Shown: positions 17,159-26,497, counted from the first letter of the stretch. The stretch is DNA of 64,000 bases from an uncultured Verrucomicrobiota bacterium (GCA_946055075.1 CAMGEN010000002.1:1174-65173), one strand, 5' to 3'. Made by a program: numbers and translations. The notes: generated by a model from the sequence alone, not told the origin.

Positions 17159-17184
17159 TCCTTATTCCCAATTCCCCATTACCG
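17157..17184 (-). repeat. ATTCNNN heptamer array (x4) spanning a cistron junction
   Basis: Plus strand attcctt attccca attcccc attaccg. Minus strand CGGTAAT GGGGAAT TGGGAAT AAGGAAT G contains the upstream TAA stop (17179-17181) and the ATG (17158). Confidence 0.85.
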
Positions 17185-17988
17185 GTACACGCTGCGCTGA
17201 CGCTGAGCGTGAACCTTCGGCTCCTCAAGGAAAAGCGAATACCACTGATCACCAATCTGCGAGTTGGAGAAATGCGTGACACGGTTGTTCATGAGATTGA
17301 CGTGATTCGCTTTCAAAACTGCGTTGTCACTCTTCTTAAGCGCCTCGGTCAGCGCCTTGAACGCGCGATCGATCTCATTGCGCTGAACGAGAATCCAACT
17401 CCAGGTCGCAGCCAACAGCACATTACCATTGTAGCGCAACCGACGAACACCCTTCTTGTAGACCTTCTCAATCTCATCACTCGAAGCATTGAGCATATAC
17501 ATGCGAGACATCTTGATCGCAACCATTGTCGGATCGACAAGTAGCGCCTTGGGCATAAGTTTGTCGACCACCTTGAACTCCTTAATCATCCAGTTAAGCT
17601 GCAATTTAGCCGTAGCCATCTGACGCTCGATCATCGGCACCCACCACTTATACTTGGCAAGCACGTCAACCTCCTTGAGCGCCTCCTTGACAAAGATCTT
17701 GGTATCCTCGAAGATCTCCTTCTGAGCTGCCTGGATCGAACCCGGCGGACGCATCTGCCAGCGCTGCATCTTAGCCTGCAGACGCTTCTGCCCCGCAGCC
17801 AAGATGTTCTGCACGCCTTCCATATCGCGTTTAACGCGTTTCTGAATCAGAAATCCGAAGACGCCCTGAAACACGCCAAAACTCAAAACAGCGGCGAAGA
17901 CACATCCGCCGACACCCCAATCGAGGCCATAAAATGCCCCGCAATACCCACCGCCAGCGGCGGCAATCGCAAGAATAATCGTAATCAT
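17179..17988 (-). CDS. Hypothetical membrane-anchored protein
   Basis: Two Gly-rich N-terminal TM segments, then a ~200-aa helical domain. The ATG lies 7 nt downstream of a TATAAT. Confidence 0.6.
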   Translation of the reverse strand: MITIILAIAAAGGGYCGAFYGLDWGVGGCVFAAVLSFGVFQGVFGFLIQKRVKRDMEGVQNILAAGQKRLQAKMQRWQMRPPGSIQAAQKEIFEDTKIFVKEALKEVDVLAKYKWWVPMIERQMATAKLQLNWMIKEFKVVDKLMPKALLVDPTMVAIKMSRMYMLNASSDEIEKVYKKGVRRLRYNGNVLLAATWSWILVQRNEIDRAFKALTEALKKSDNAVLKANHVNLMNNRVTHFSNSQIGDQWYSLFLEEPKVHAQRQRSVYR

Positions 17989-17994
17989 GCCAAT

Positions 17995-18003
17995 ATTATA
18001 TCA
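17995..18003 (-). promoter_or_regulatory. Extended -10 promoter TGATATAAT (leaderless configuration)
   Basis: Reverse complement of attatatca. Only 6 nt lie between TATAAT and ATG 17988. Confidence 0.6.
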
Positions 18004-18031
18004 TAATACGGCATGACGGGATGACGAAATC

Positions 18032-19303
18032 TCACAGACCGATTCGCCTGACCGCCGCCAGCAGCCTGTCCTTCGCATCCGACGCCGCCGGCCACCCGTC
18101 GTAGCCGTTGTCGTCACCGCCCTTCTCGTAGACCACCCTCCCGCCGATGACCGTCTTCACGACGTCACTTGCGTGCATGGAATTGACTACGAGACTGGGG
18201 ATATCGAGCATGGGCGTTAGGTGGATGCGGTCGAGATCGACGACGCAGAAGTCCGCATGCTTGCCCACGGCGATCTCGCCCGTGTCTTCCATTCCCAGCG
18301 CCTTGGCTCCGTTCCTGGTAGCCATGTCGATCACATCCCACGCCGGCAGCACCGTCGGATCTTTCGCCAGTCCCTTGTGGATCAACGAGGCGAGATGCAT
18401 CTCCTCGAACATGTCGAGATTGTCATTCGACGCGCAGCCGTCCGTGCCGAGCGCCACGTTGACGCCGAGCTCCATCGCCCGAACGACCCGCGCGAAACCG
18501 CTGCCGAGCTTCATGTTGCTCGTCGGATTGTGAACGAGCGAAACGCCCTTCTCCGCCATGATCCGGAAATCGTCGTCCGTACACCACACGCAATGCGCGG
18601 CGTAGCCGCCGTGATCAAGGAGGCCGGTCGAGGCGAGATATGCGATCGGAGTCTTCCCGTGTCTTTCGATGCACTCGCAGTGCTCCTTCTCCGTTTCCGA
18701 GACATGCACGTGCAGGGGACGCTTCAGCTCCCTGTTGGCTTCGGCCAGTCCGCGGCAGAACGCCTCGTCCGTCAGATACTCGGAGTGAATGCAGATGTCT
18801 TCGTGCACATCCCCCTTGACCTCGCGGTCAATCCATTCGTTCCAGCTCCGGCAGGAGCCGATGCAGTCCTCCAGTCGTCCCGGAACGAAGTTAAGTCCGA
18901 CGCGGCAGATGCGGCCTTTCATCCCCGCCTCCAGCAACGCCACGCCCGTCTCTCCGGGGAAGTCATACATGTCAGCGACGCAGGTCGTGCCGCCAGCGAG
19001 CATCTCCATGATACCCCAGACGGCACCAGCGCGGACGTCTTCCGGTGTCATCTTCGCCTCGACCGGGAAGATCGCCTCCTCCAGCCAGCGCTGCAAGGGC
19101 AGTCCGCCGCCCAGTCCCCGCACCAGCGTCATCGCCGTGTGACCGTGACAGTTGATCAGTCCGGGAAGGACGAGCAGGTTGGAGGACGAAGTTGAAGGTT
19201 GAGGTTGAGAATGGATTGCGGTAATCCTTCCGCCTTCAAACTCAATGCTGCCGAAGCCAACCTTGTGACCCGGCAGCACCATGTGGACGTTCTCGAACTT
19301 CAT
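18032..19303 (-). CDS. Amidohydrolase-superfamily deaminase (MtaD/TrzA/SsnA-like)
   Basis: Metal ligands HGHTAM, HVHVSET, and GTDGCASNDNLDMF. Confidence 0.8.
   Translation of the reverse strand: MKFENVHMVLPGHKVGFGSIEFEGGRITAIHSQPQPSTSSSNLLVLPGLINCHGHTAMTLVRGLGGGLPLQRWLEEAIFPVEAKMTPEDVRAGAVWGIMEMLAGGTTCVADMYDFPGETGVALLEAGMKGRICRVGLNFVPGRLEDCIGSCRSWNEWIDREVKGDVHEDICIHSEYLTDEAFCRGLAEANRELKRPLHVHVSETEKEHCECIERHGKTPIAYLASTGLLDHGGYAAHCVWCTDDDFRIMAEKGVSLVHNPTSNMKLGSGFARVVRAMELGVNVALGTDGCASNDNLDMFEEMHLASLIHKGLAKDPTVLPAWDVIDMATRNGAKALGMEDTGEIAVGKHADFCVVDLDRIHLTPMLDIPSLVVNSMHASDVVKTVIGGRVVYEKGGDDNGYDGWPAASDAKDRLLAAVRRIGL
19175..19211 (+). repeat. TCRACC-family element, inverted orientation, in-frame in the amidohydrolase
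   Basis: Plus strand CAGGTTGGAGGACGAAGTTGAAGGTTGAGGTTGAGAA. It shares both termini (CAGGTTG...GAGGTYGAGAA) with the copies at 38610 and 63655. Here it is translated on the TCAACC strand as SQPQPSTSSSN. Confidence 0.8.
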
Positions 19304-19308
19304 TTCGC

Positions 19309-20322
19309 TCAGACGAGTCCGCGCTTGATGAGGTGTTCGGCGATCTCAACCGCGTTGAGCGCGGCGCCGCGCAGGAGCTGGTCGCCCGAAACGAACATCT
19401 CGAGCCCCTTCTTGTCGTCGCGGCTGATGTCCTGACGGATACGTCCCGCGAGCACGTCGTACTTCGCGGTCGCGTCGAGAGGCATCGGATAACCACCGTT
19501 CAGCGGATCGTCCACGACCTTGACGCCCTCGCACTTCGCGAGCACCTCGCGAGCCATCTCCGGCGTCACGTCCTGCTCGAACTCGAGGTTGAGCGACTCG
19601 GAGTGGGCGCGGGCGATCGGCACGCGCACGCAGGTGCAGGAGAGCTTGAGCTCGGGATGATGGAGCATCTTGCGCGCCTCGTTGCGCATCTTGAGCTCCT
19701 CAAGCGTATACCAGTTCTCCTGATCGAACTTGTCGATGTGCGGGATCAGGTTGTACATCAGCTGATGCTGGAACGCCTTGACGGTCAGCGGTTCGCCCTT
19801 CGCATAGGCGTGAATCTGATCCTCTAGCTCGTTGAGACCGGGGGCGCCGGCGCCGGAGGCGGCCTGATAGGTCGAGGCGACGAGGCGCTTCAATCCGAAC
19901 GCCTTGTGCAGCGGTGCGACCGCCTCGAGCATGATCGCGGTCGTGCAGTTAGGATTCGCGATCACGCCCTTATTCCAGTCGAGATCTTCGGGATTGACCT
20001 GCGGGACAACCAACGGCACCTCGGGATTCTGGCGGAACGCGCGGGAATTGTCGATCATCTTCGCACCGGCCGCGACCACCGCGTCCTTGAGTTCGATCGC
20101 AACATCTGTCTTGCCCGCAAAGAGGACGATGTCGAGTCCTTGGAAGGAATCCTTGTCGGCCTTGAGCACGTGATACGTTTCGCCGAGGATCTCCTCATCG
20201 CGTTCACGCGAAGCGAACACCTGCACCGGACCCGCAAGCGGAAAATTCCGCTCTTTGAGGACCTTGATCATTTCCGTTCCGACGGCGCCGACGCCGACCA
20301 AACCGACCTTGTACTGTTTCAT
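19309..20322 (-). CDS. asd: Aspartate-semialdehyde dehydrogenase
   Basis: MKQYKVGLVGVGAVG...NPNCTTAIML...STYQAASGAG. Start moved to ATG 20322 (AAAGGAG 7 nt upstream). Confidence 0.92.
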   Translation of the reverse strand: MKQYKVGLVGVGAVGTEMIKVLKERNFPLAGPVQVFASRERDEEILGETYHVLKADKDSFQGLDIVLFAGKTDVAIELKDAVVAAGAKMIDNSRAFRQNPEVPLVVPQVNPEDLDWNKGVIANPNCTTAIMLEAVAPLHKAFGLKRLVASTYQAASGAGAPGLNELEDQIHAYAKGEPLTVKAFQHQLMYNLIPHIDKFDQENWYTLEELKMRNEARKMLHHPELKLSCTCVRVPIARAHSESLNLEFEQDVTPEMAREVLAKCEGVKVVDDPLNGGYPMPLDATAKYDVLAGRIRQDISRDDKKGLEMFVSGDQLLRGAALNAVEIAEHLIKRGLV

Positions 20323-20366
20323 TCGTTTACTCCTTTGAAATCTCGCGGTTCGCGATTCGTTGTTCG

Positions 20367-22178
20367 TCACTTCTCTTTGATCGTTCCTTTAAGCACGGCG
20401 ATGAAGGCGCTCTGAGGGACATTCACATGGCCGAACTCCTTCATCCGCGCCTTACCGCGCTTCTGCTTCTCGAGAACCTTCATTTTACGCGTCACGTCAC
20501 CGCCGTAGAGCTTCGCCAAGACGTCCTTGCGGAACGGCTTTATGTCCTCTCGTGCAATAATCTCCTTGCCGATCGCCGCCTGCACCGGAATCTTGAACTG
20601 ATGCGGAGGAATCGTCTCGGAGAGCGCCTTGCACATCTGCTGTCCGCGCGCGCGCGCCTTCTCGCGGTGAACCATCGTCGCGAACGCGTCAACCGTCTCG
20701 CCGTTAAGCAGGATGTCCATCTTCACAATGTCGCTCACCTGGTATCCGTTCGGTTCGTAGTCCATCGAGGCGTACCCGTGCGAAACCGATTTGAGCGTGT
20801 CGTGGAAGTCGATCAGAATCTCGTTGAGCGGCAGCATGCAGTGCAACATCACGCGCTTCGCGTCGATCGTCTCGGTGCCCTCCACCAGCCCACGGCGGTC
20901 CATGACGATGCGCATCACGTCGCCGATCGACTCAGAAGGCGTGATGATACGCGCCTTGAGGATCGGCTCCGAGATCGTGTCGAGGGCGGACGGATCGGGC
21001 ATCTGGAGCGGATTGTCGAGATCCTTCTCCTCACCGTTCTTGAGCTTGAGCTTGTAGACGACGCCTGGCGAGGTCGAGATAATGTCGAGACCGAACTCGC
21101 GGCGGAGACGCTCCTGGACGATCTCCATATGGAGGAGCCCGAGGAAGCCGCAACGGAACCCGAAGCCGAGCGCAAGCGAGGACTCATGATGGAATGTGAA
21201 TGCGGCGTCGTTGAGATGCAGCTTCTCTAGTCCGGCGGAGACCTTTGGAAATTCGTCCGTCGACATCGGATAAATGCCGCAGAAGACCGTCGGTCTGATA
21301 TCCTGGAAGCCGGGTAGCGGCTCGGTAGCGCCGAGCCTGGAGGTCGTCACGGTATCGCCGATCTTGATCTCGCTTGGATCCTTGACCGTGCCGACGATAT
21401 AGCCGACCTCGCCAGCGGAAAGGAACGTGACGGGCTTCTTCGTCGGCGAGAAGATGCCGACCTCATGAACCGTCGTGGAAACGCCGGACCCCATGAACTT
21501 CACGTTCGTGCCGGCCGAAAGCGCGCCATCGATGACGCGCACATAGGTGATCACGCCGCGGAACTCGTCGAAGACCGAATCGAAGACGAGCGCACGGAGC
21601 GGCGCGTCGGTGCCCTTCGTCTCCGGCGGCGGGATGCGGTTGACGATCGCCTCGAGGACGTCGGGACACCCTACGCCGGTCTTGGCGGAGACGAGCAGCG
21701 GCTCGTCCATCGGAATCGCCAGGATATCCTCAATTTCGCGCGAGACCTCCTTGACGTCCGCCCCCGGCAGATCAACCTTATTGAGCACCGGCACGATCTC
21801 GAGCTTCGCATCCTGCGCGAAATAGGTGTTGGCGACGGTCTGCGCCTCCACACCCTGCGCGGCATCCACCACCAGTATCGCACCTTCACAAGCACCCATC
21901 GAACGACTCACCTCGTAGGCAAAGTCAACGTGGCCGGGAGTGTCGAGAAGATTGAAAAGATAGGTTTTACCGTCTTTAGCCTCATAATGCATCGAAACGG
22001 GATGACTCTTGATCGTAATGCCGCGTTCACGCTCCAGATCCATGGCATCCAGGGTCTGTTCCTTAAGCTCGCGCTGAGAAATCGCATGGGTAAGCTCGAG
22101 AATACGATCACTCAACGTGGTCTTACCATGGTCCACGTGCGCGATAATGCAGAAGTTACGAATGTGATCTAGGGTCAT
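20367..22178 (-). CDS. lepA: Translation elongation factor 4
   Basis: IRNFCIIAHVDHGKTTLSDR, DTPGHVDF, NKVDLP, and the LepA C-terminal domain. Confidence 0.96.
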   Translation of the reverse strand: MTLDHIRNFCIIAHVDHGKTTLSDRILELTHAISQRELKEQTLDAMDLERERGITIKSHPVSMHYEAKDGKTYLFNLLDTPGHVDFAYEVSRSMGACEGAILVVDAAQGVEAQTVANTYFAQDAKLEIVPVLNKVDLPGADVKEVSREIEDILAIPMDEPLLVSAKTGVGCPDVLEAIVNRIPPPETKGTDAPLRALVFDSVFDEFRGVITYVRVIDGALSAGTNVKFMGSGVSTTVHEVGIFSPTKKPVTFLSAGEVGYIVGTVKDPSEIKIGDTVTTSRLGATEPLPGFQDIRPTVFCGIYPMSTDEFPKVSAGLEKLHLNDAAFTFHHESSLALGFGFRCGFLGLLHMEIVQERLRREFGLDIISTSPGVVYKLKLKNGEEKDLDNPLQMPDPSALDTISEPILKARIITPSESIGDVMRIVMDRRGLVEGTETIDAKRVMLHCMLPLNEILIDFHDTLKSVSHGYASMDYEPNGYQVSDIVKMDILLNGETVDAFATMVHREKARARGQQMCKALSETIPPHQFKIPVQAAIGKEIIAREDIKPFRKDVLAKLYGGDVTRKMKVLEKQKRGKARMKEFGHVNVPQSAFIAVLKGTIKEK

Positions 22179-22188
22179 TTAGCGGCAT

Positions 22189-22197
22189 ATTATATCA
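22189..22197 (-). promoter_or_regulatory. Extended -10 promoter TGATATAAT upstream of lepA
   Basis: Preceded by a T5 run. 10 nt between TATAAT and ATG 22178. Confidence 0.6.
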
Positions 22198-22208
22198 AAA
22201 ATCCGCCG

Positions 22209-23066
22209 CTATCGCAGGATGGCAAGAGCCTGACGGAGCTGCTCGTCGGCAACGGACGAATTGGGCTCAAGTACTAAATGTTCACATTTCTCCATCATCG
22301 GCTTAAACAACTCGAAATTAATGTCGCCATCTCCGGGTGCCAGATGATCGTCACCACCCTTCGAATCATTAAGATGCATCCCGACAGGCACATACTCATC
22401 ATTCGGACTTTCCCACCGCAATCCCTCATTCCTAACACCGACTTCCTCATTCATCCTCGCGTACCAGTGCCCCGTATCGAACCAGGGGCGCACCCAGTCG
22501 CCAGTTACTTCACCGACTTCGGAAAGATTCGGGAACCCTTCAGGATAGGGAAGATTCTCGAGCCCGAGCTTAACATGATACTTCTCAAGTTCCGGCACCA
22601 ACGTTTCGAGTTCCTGCTTCAGGATGTCGATCATCATCCTGCCGCGCTTGACACGATTCTTTTCTAGCGGACCCTTCGCGATGCGAATCGGCAACAACCG
22701 AGTAAACAGAGACTCTCTACAAACACGTCCGGCATGCAGAACCAAAGCCGTCGCCCCCATTTCGGCGGCGAAGGCGATGTTGCGGCGGATCATGATCTGC
22801 GCCATCTTGCGCATCTCCTCATCGAACGACGCGAGCTGATAGAGCTCTGGATAGCCGTTTGGTGCGGAGATCGGAACGGGGCAGAACGCGTGAACGCTAC
22901 AAACCGGAATCCTGTCCAGGCGTGCCTTGAATCCGGCAACCTGCCGGACCGTCGTGTGGAACCCGAGCTCGAGTCCGTCAAACCCCAACTCCATCGCCTT
23001 GTCAGCAATCTCCTCTCCGAACTCAAAACGACGGTTGCACCAGTTCGTGGAAAGCGAGAACTTCAT
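22209..23066 (-). CDS. Sugar phosphate isomerase/epimerase (xylose isomerase-like TIM barrel)
   Basis: MKFSLSTNW...GFDGLELG...LVLHAG...LGLENL pattern. ATG 23066 forms an ATGA overlap with the upstream stop. Confidence 0.7.
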   Translation of the reverse strand: MKFSLSTNWCNRRFEFGEEIADKAMELGFDGLELGFHTTVRQVAGFKARLDRIPVCSVHAFCPVPISAPNGYPELYQLASFDEEMRKMAQIMIRRNIAFAAEMGATALVLHAGRVCRESLFTRLLPIRIAKGPLEKNRVKRGRMMIDILKQELETLVPELEKYHVKLGLENLPYPEGFPNLSEVGEVTGDWVRPWFDTGHWYARMNEEVGVRNEGLRWESPNDEYVPVGMHLNDSKGGDDHLAPGDGDINFELFKPMMEKCEHLVLEPNSSVADEQLRQALAILR

Positions 23067-24070
23067 CTTGATAACACCTCGCATCCGTCTTCGGTAATGA
23101 GGATCAGGTCTTCAATGCGAACACCAAGATTGCCCTCAAGATAGATTCCTGGCTCGATCGTCACTAGCATCCCTGGTTTCAGGATCCAGTCGGACTTCGT
23201 CGACACATTAGGCGCCTCGTGGATTTCGAGTCCGACACCGTGCCCGAGCGAATGCCCGAAACACTTTCCGAATCCGCCCCTCCGGATCACATCTCGCGCC
23301 ACCTTGTCGAGCGCCTTCCCGCTGATTCCGGGACGCGCCGCAGCAATGGCGGCATCATGTGCCTCCTTCACCAGGTTGTACACGCGACGATACGCGGAGC
23401 TCATCCGCTTCGGCAGGACGTTCCGCGTCAAATCACTACAGTAGCCGCCGAGTTTCACGCCCATGTCAATCAGCACCGGTTCACGTCCGTTCCACACGGT
23501 ACCATCAGGCACATGATGACATTCCGCGGCATTCTTACCGACGCAAACAATCGTCTCGAACGCCTCGCCTTCGCCACGCTCGACCATCATCATCTTGATG
23601 ATTGCAGCCATCCGCTGCTCAGTCATGCCAGGACGGAAACTCTTCACCGCGTCTTCGTAAATATCGCAATCAAGTCGCTCCGCCGCCCGTAGCTTCTCAA
23701 TTTCCTCCGCCGTCTTCACCGCCCTAATCTCCAGCAGATCATTCGCAATGTCAATGAACATCGCCTTCGGCGCAAACTTCTCAAACCGCAGGTAACGCGA
23801 ATGCGGTATGAAGCCTTCATAACCGATACGTTTGCCGGAAAAAGCGAATCGCCTGATATCGACGACCTTGAGTCCGCGGCACTTCCGCCGCGCTTCGGGA
23901 GCGTAACGGAAATCCGTGAATAATGAAAAATTATAACTACAGGACGAAGAACTGCGGCGGTCGGTTTTTTTGGCAACGACCAGAATTCCGTTATCACACG
24001 AAAAGCCAACGAGCGCCTGAAGGTTCGCCTCGCCGCACACGACGAGCGAATCCAGTTTCCGCTTCTTCAT
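23063..24070 (-). CDS. M24-family Xaa-Pro aminopeptidase
   Basis: C-terminal HSLGHGVGLEIHEAP...GMLVTIEPGIYL...GVRIEDLILITEDG. Start placed at ATG 24070 (MKKRKLDSLV). The upstream part of ORF 23063..24118 is a heptamer-repeat read-through. Confidence 0.85.
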   Translation of the reverse strand: MKKRKLDSLVVCGEANLQALVGFSCDNGILVVAKKTDRRSSSSCSYNFSLFTDFRYAPEARRKCRGLKVVDIRRFAFSGKRIGYEGFIPHSRYLRFEKFAPKAMFIDIANDLLEIRAVKTAEEIEKLRAAERLDCDIYEDAVKSFRPGMTEQRMAAIIKMMMVERGEGEAFETIVCVGKNAAECHHVPDGTVWNGREPVLIDMGVKLGGYCSDLTRNVLPKRMSSAYRRVYNLVKEAHDAAIAAARPGISGKALDKVARDVIRRGGFGKCFGHSLGHGVGLEIHEAPNVSTKSDWILKPGMLVTIEPGIYLEGNLGVRIEDLILITEDGCEVLSR

Positions 24071-24081
24071 CAGGTTTTCAA

Positions 24082-24133
24082 CACCACAACTGTTCACTGG
24101 TCGCGACTCCCCGTTCACTGCTCACTGATCACT
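24082..24133 (-). repeat. Heptamer array at the TadE-like/aminopeptidase junction plus a shared 17-mer
   Basis: Plus strand gttcact gctcact gatcact (24113-24133) and gttcact at 24092. The 17-mer caccacaactgttcact (24082-24098) recurs at 29469-29485 with 1 mismatch. Confidence 0.85.
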
Positions 24134-24392
24134 TTACAACAGTCATCTGCGGCATCTGACAATGCTCCTTCACCTTCATCGTTTCGACAACGACAGTACC
24201 GAACTGGAGGCCGACCTCGACATCGCCGTTACCCTCGGACCTGCCGGACCGCGTCGTATTCTGAGCGCGAAGGCTTCTGGCCATGAACACAGCGAATCCA
24301 CAAAGCGTAGAGACGACAATCACCAGCGTCAACATGCCTACCGCCAGCTCGACCATCGCCTGTCCGGAGCGAGCATATCCTTTAATGAGCAT
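24129..24392 (-). CDS. TadE-like pseudopilin
   Basis: MLIKGYARSGQAMVELAVGMLTLVIVV (G-Q-A-M-V-E plus a hydrophobic helix). GGAGGA lies 7 nt upstream of ATG 24392. Overlaps the upstream stop by 11 nt. Confidence 0.7.
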   Translation of the reverse strand: MLIKGYARSGQAMVELAVGMLTLVIVVSTLCGFAVFMARSLRAQNTTRSGRSEGNGDVEVGLQFGTVVVETMKVKEHCQMPQMTVVK

Positions 24393-25755
24393 GCGCGGTT
24401 CCTCCGTAGTCATTATTGGGACCCGGCCGCGGACGCACACAGTCGTCGGAATGATACTGTAGCCAACGACGCCCCTTATCTCGAAACGACTCGTTTTCCC
24501 ACAATTCCAACTGCAGACAGTACCAGCAATGCGAGAATGAAGGTCCGTTAACGAAATACCCTGGCAAATGGTCACGCACATGAATCATCCAGTCATAGTC
24601 CGCAGTGTGCAAATCCCGGCCGCCGACGGCATCGACCGGCACGAGACGAACATCGGTGAAGGCGGGAGTGACGATACGCTTGAGACAAGTGACGACATCC
24701 GTCTCCCCCTCGAGATTTTCAAGCGAACCGAATGGTTTCGCCGCGGCGGTCCAGGCGTAATCGCCGCGGATCACGCGACACAACGCCGCGCATCCGTAGA
24801 CATCGTACTCTGGTTTGACATCACCGACGATCGGAAAACCATGCTCAACGCTGAATCCAGACTCCGTCCAAGATCCCCAGCGATAGTCGTAAAACGCCAA
24901 CTTGACCGTACCGTTAGTCAGCATCCAGGACTGCGCGATATCTGCCGCAGTACACTCGGTCAGCCGCATGATGATATTGGTCCACTCTTCGTCCAGCACC
25001 ATCGGCAACGCCTTGACGTCAAGATGCAAGGAATAGACTTCGGAATTATCGCGCTTACGGTCTGGAGTATAGACAGGACGCGGCATGTTGTGAGAATCGC
25101 GATCGAAAAGCCACTCGCCGTTCCACTTGAACCAGCACCACATCCGCCCCGCGATCGCATTGTAAAACTCCTGATCGAGCAACGGAAAACACGTATAGGC
25201 GGACGCAAACTCAGCGTTCTCGGGACCAGCGATCACCTCGCCTCCGATCGCCAACTCTAGCCGCTGCGCATACTCTTCCCACGCGCCCTGCCATGGTTGC
25301 GGAAAGAGCTCAGGATCCGCGGCAAAAACGCCGCGGACATCGAAGACGTGCTGCTGGAGGATCTTTTGCATCTTGGAGGATTCGAACACCTCGGCATGAT
25401 CACCACCTCCGGATTCGCATCCTGCAAGCGCGTTCTTCGCCGCCATGCTACCGATTCGAATGCCTTCCAACGGTTCAAGGAAAATCAGCCGACGCTGACG
25501 CTCCATGATCTCCGCACACTCCGTCCAGTCATTAGCAAGTGCGCACTTAAGAAGTTCGACATTTTCCTCGCCGACTCGGTTCAAAAGCTGCCCTTGGAAC
25601 CCTGCAACCGCCAGTGCCGCAGCATCTCCGGCGTTGGTCGCATGATTCTTCGCGCGAATTGCAAGGAAGACATCTACATTCATGAAGACCAGGACCGCGA
25701 TCGCGACGAGCACCGCCACGAGATAAAGCGCAACCTGTCCCTTCCGTGCCTTCAT
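24382..25755 (-). CDS. TadG-like protein (Flp pilus-assembly TadG N-terminal motif) with a large C-terminal domain
   Basis: MKARKGQVALYLVAVLVAIAVLVFMNVDVFLAIRAKNHATNAGDAAALA. ATGA overlap with the upstream gene. Confidence 0.65.
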   Translation of the reverse strand: MKARKGQVALYLVAVLVAIAVLVFMNVDVFLAIRAKNHATNAGDAAALAVAGFQGQLLNRVGEENVELLKCALANDWTECAEIMERQRRLIFLEPLEGIRIGSMAAKNALAGCESGGGDHAEVFESSKMQKILQQHVFDVRGVFAADPELFPQPWQGAWEEYAQRLELAIGGEVIAGPENAEFASAYTCFPLLDQEFYNAIAGRMWCWFKWNGEWLFDRDSHNMPRPVYTPDRKRDNSEVYSLHLDVKALPMVLDEEWTNIIMRLTECTAADIAQSWMLTNGTVKLAFYDYRWGSWTESGFSVEHGFPIVGDVKPEYDVYGCAALCRVIRGDYAWTAAAKPFGSLENLEGETDVVTCLKRIVTPAFTDVRLVPVDAVGGRDLHTADYDWMIHVRDHLPGYFVNGPSFSHCWYCLQLELWENESFRDKGRRWLQYHSDDCVRPRPGPNNDYGGTAHAH

Positions 25756-26216
25756 AAGCCCTGATCGTTAAGATAAAAAGGATAATGCCTTTCAACTCCG
25801 GCCTCTCCATCAAGATCGAACCAGTCGGTCTTAAGCGACGTCTTGGAATCGGTTCCGTCACCTGGCTCGACGCGCACCGAATCCCAATGCTCGTAATCTA
25901 GAATACCTCGCGCGACGGCCCAGTCTTCTGATGTAAGATAATTACCGAAACGACCGAGCTCCATTCCGTAGTCGAACTCATCACCAACCGGCCAGAGACG
26001 CTTACCGGCAACCGGAATAACAGCTATGCGCGCCGCCTTCTTGCACATGAAGTCGTTCATGCCGACAGCCCTCGCGCGCGCGGACCGCATGGCCGCGTGC
26101 TCGAGGAGGATCTTCCCCGTGAGCATATGCGCAAGCTTGAAAAGACAGAGGAAGATCGAAGTGATGATCAAGACCGCGATCACGGTCTCAATCATCGCCT
26201 GACCTCGGCGCAACAT
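25752..26216 (-). CDS. TadE-like pseudopilin
   Basis: MLRRGQAMIETVIAVLIITSIFLCLF. TGATG overlap with the Flp gene. Confidence 0.7.
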   Translation of the reverse strand: MLRRGQAMIETVIAVLIITSIFLCLFKLAHMLTGKILLEHAAMRSARARAVGMNDFMCKKAARIAVIPVAGKRLWPVGDEFDYGMELGRFGNYLTSEDWAVARGILDYEHWDSVRVEPGDGTDSKTSLKTDWFDLDGEAGVERHYPFYLNDQGL

Positions 26217-26437
26217 CAGTTCTCGCCGATTTCCTTGATGGAATTCTCGCTAATGCCATCGGCCGCAGCCTTGGCCTTCGAGCCTTCCTCGCTGGAAAGC
26301 GCCTCGGTCGCGCCCGCGGCCTTTTTACCGACAGCACGGCTGAGATAGCTGAACACGCCGATCAGCGCAATCGCAATAAGGCAGACAATAATAATATATT
26401 CAACCATCGTCTGTCCCTTCCTGAGTTTCTTCATCAT
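26216..26437 (-). CDS. Flp-family (type IVb) pilin
   Basis: MMKKLRKG|QTMVEYIIIVCLIAIALIGVF matches the Flp G-XXXX-EY processing motif plus hydrophobic helix. GGAGGA RBS. Confidence 0.8.
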   Translation of the reverse strand: MMKKLRKGQTMVEYIIIVCLIAIALIGVFSYLSRAVGKKAAGATEALSSEEGSKAKAAADGISENSIKEIGEN

Positions 26438-26497
26438 TTTATTTTTCCTCCGATTGTTTCAAATTTCAACTTTACCAGGCACCGACCGCGCCACGAC

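Noticed and set aside
23915-23975. AT-rich island with TAGTTATAAT inside the aminopeptidase gene (encodes KKTDRRSSSSCSYNFSLF)
   Set aside because: It could be an internal promoter or another insertion. However, it lacks the TG of the recurring extended -10 and has no repeat structure, so the evidence is insufficient.
24393-24581. N-terminal 63 codons of ORF 24129..24581
   Set aside because: They overlap the TadG-like gene in another frame. GGAGGA plus ATG 24392 gives a canonical TadE-like N-terminus.
26478-26493. TGGCGCGGTCGGTGCC (minus strand) between the two flp genes as a sigma-54 promoter
   Set aside because: It has GG-N10-GC spacing, but the -12 element (GTGCC) and the -24 element (TGGCGC) are both off-consensus. 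Such matches are frequent by chance in GC-rich DNA. I kept it only as a low-probability note.
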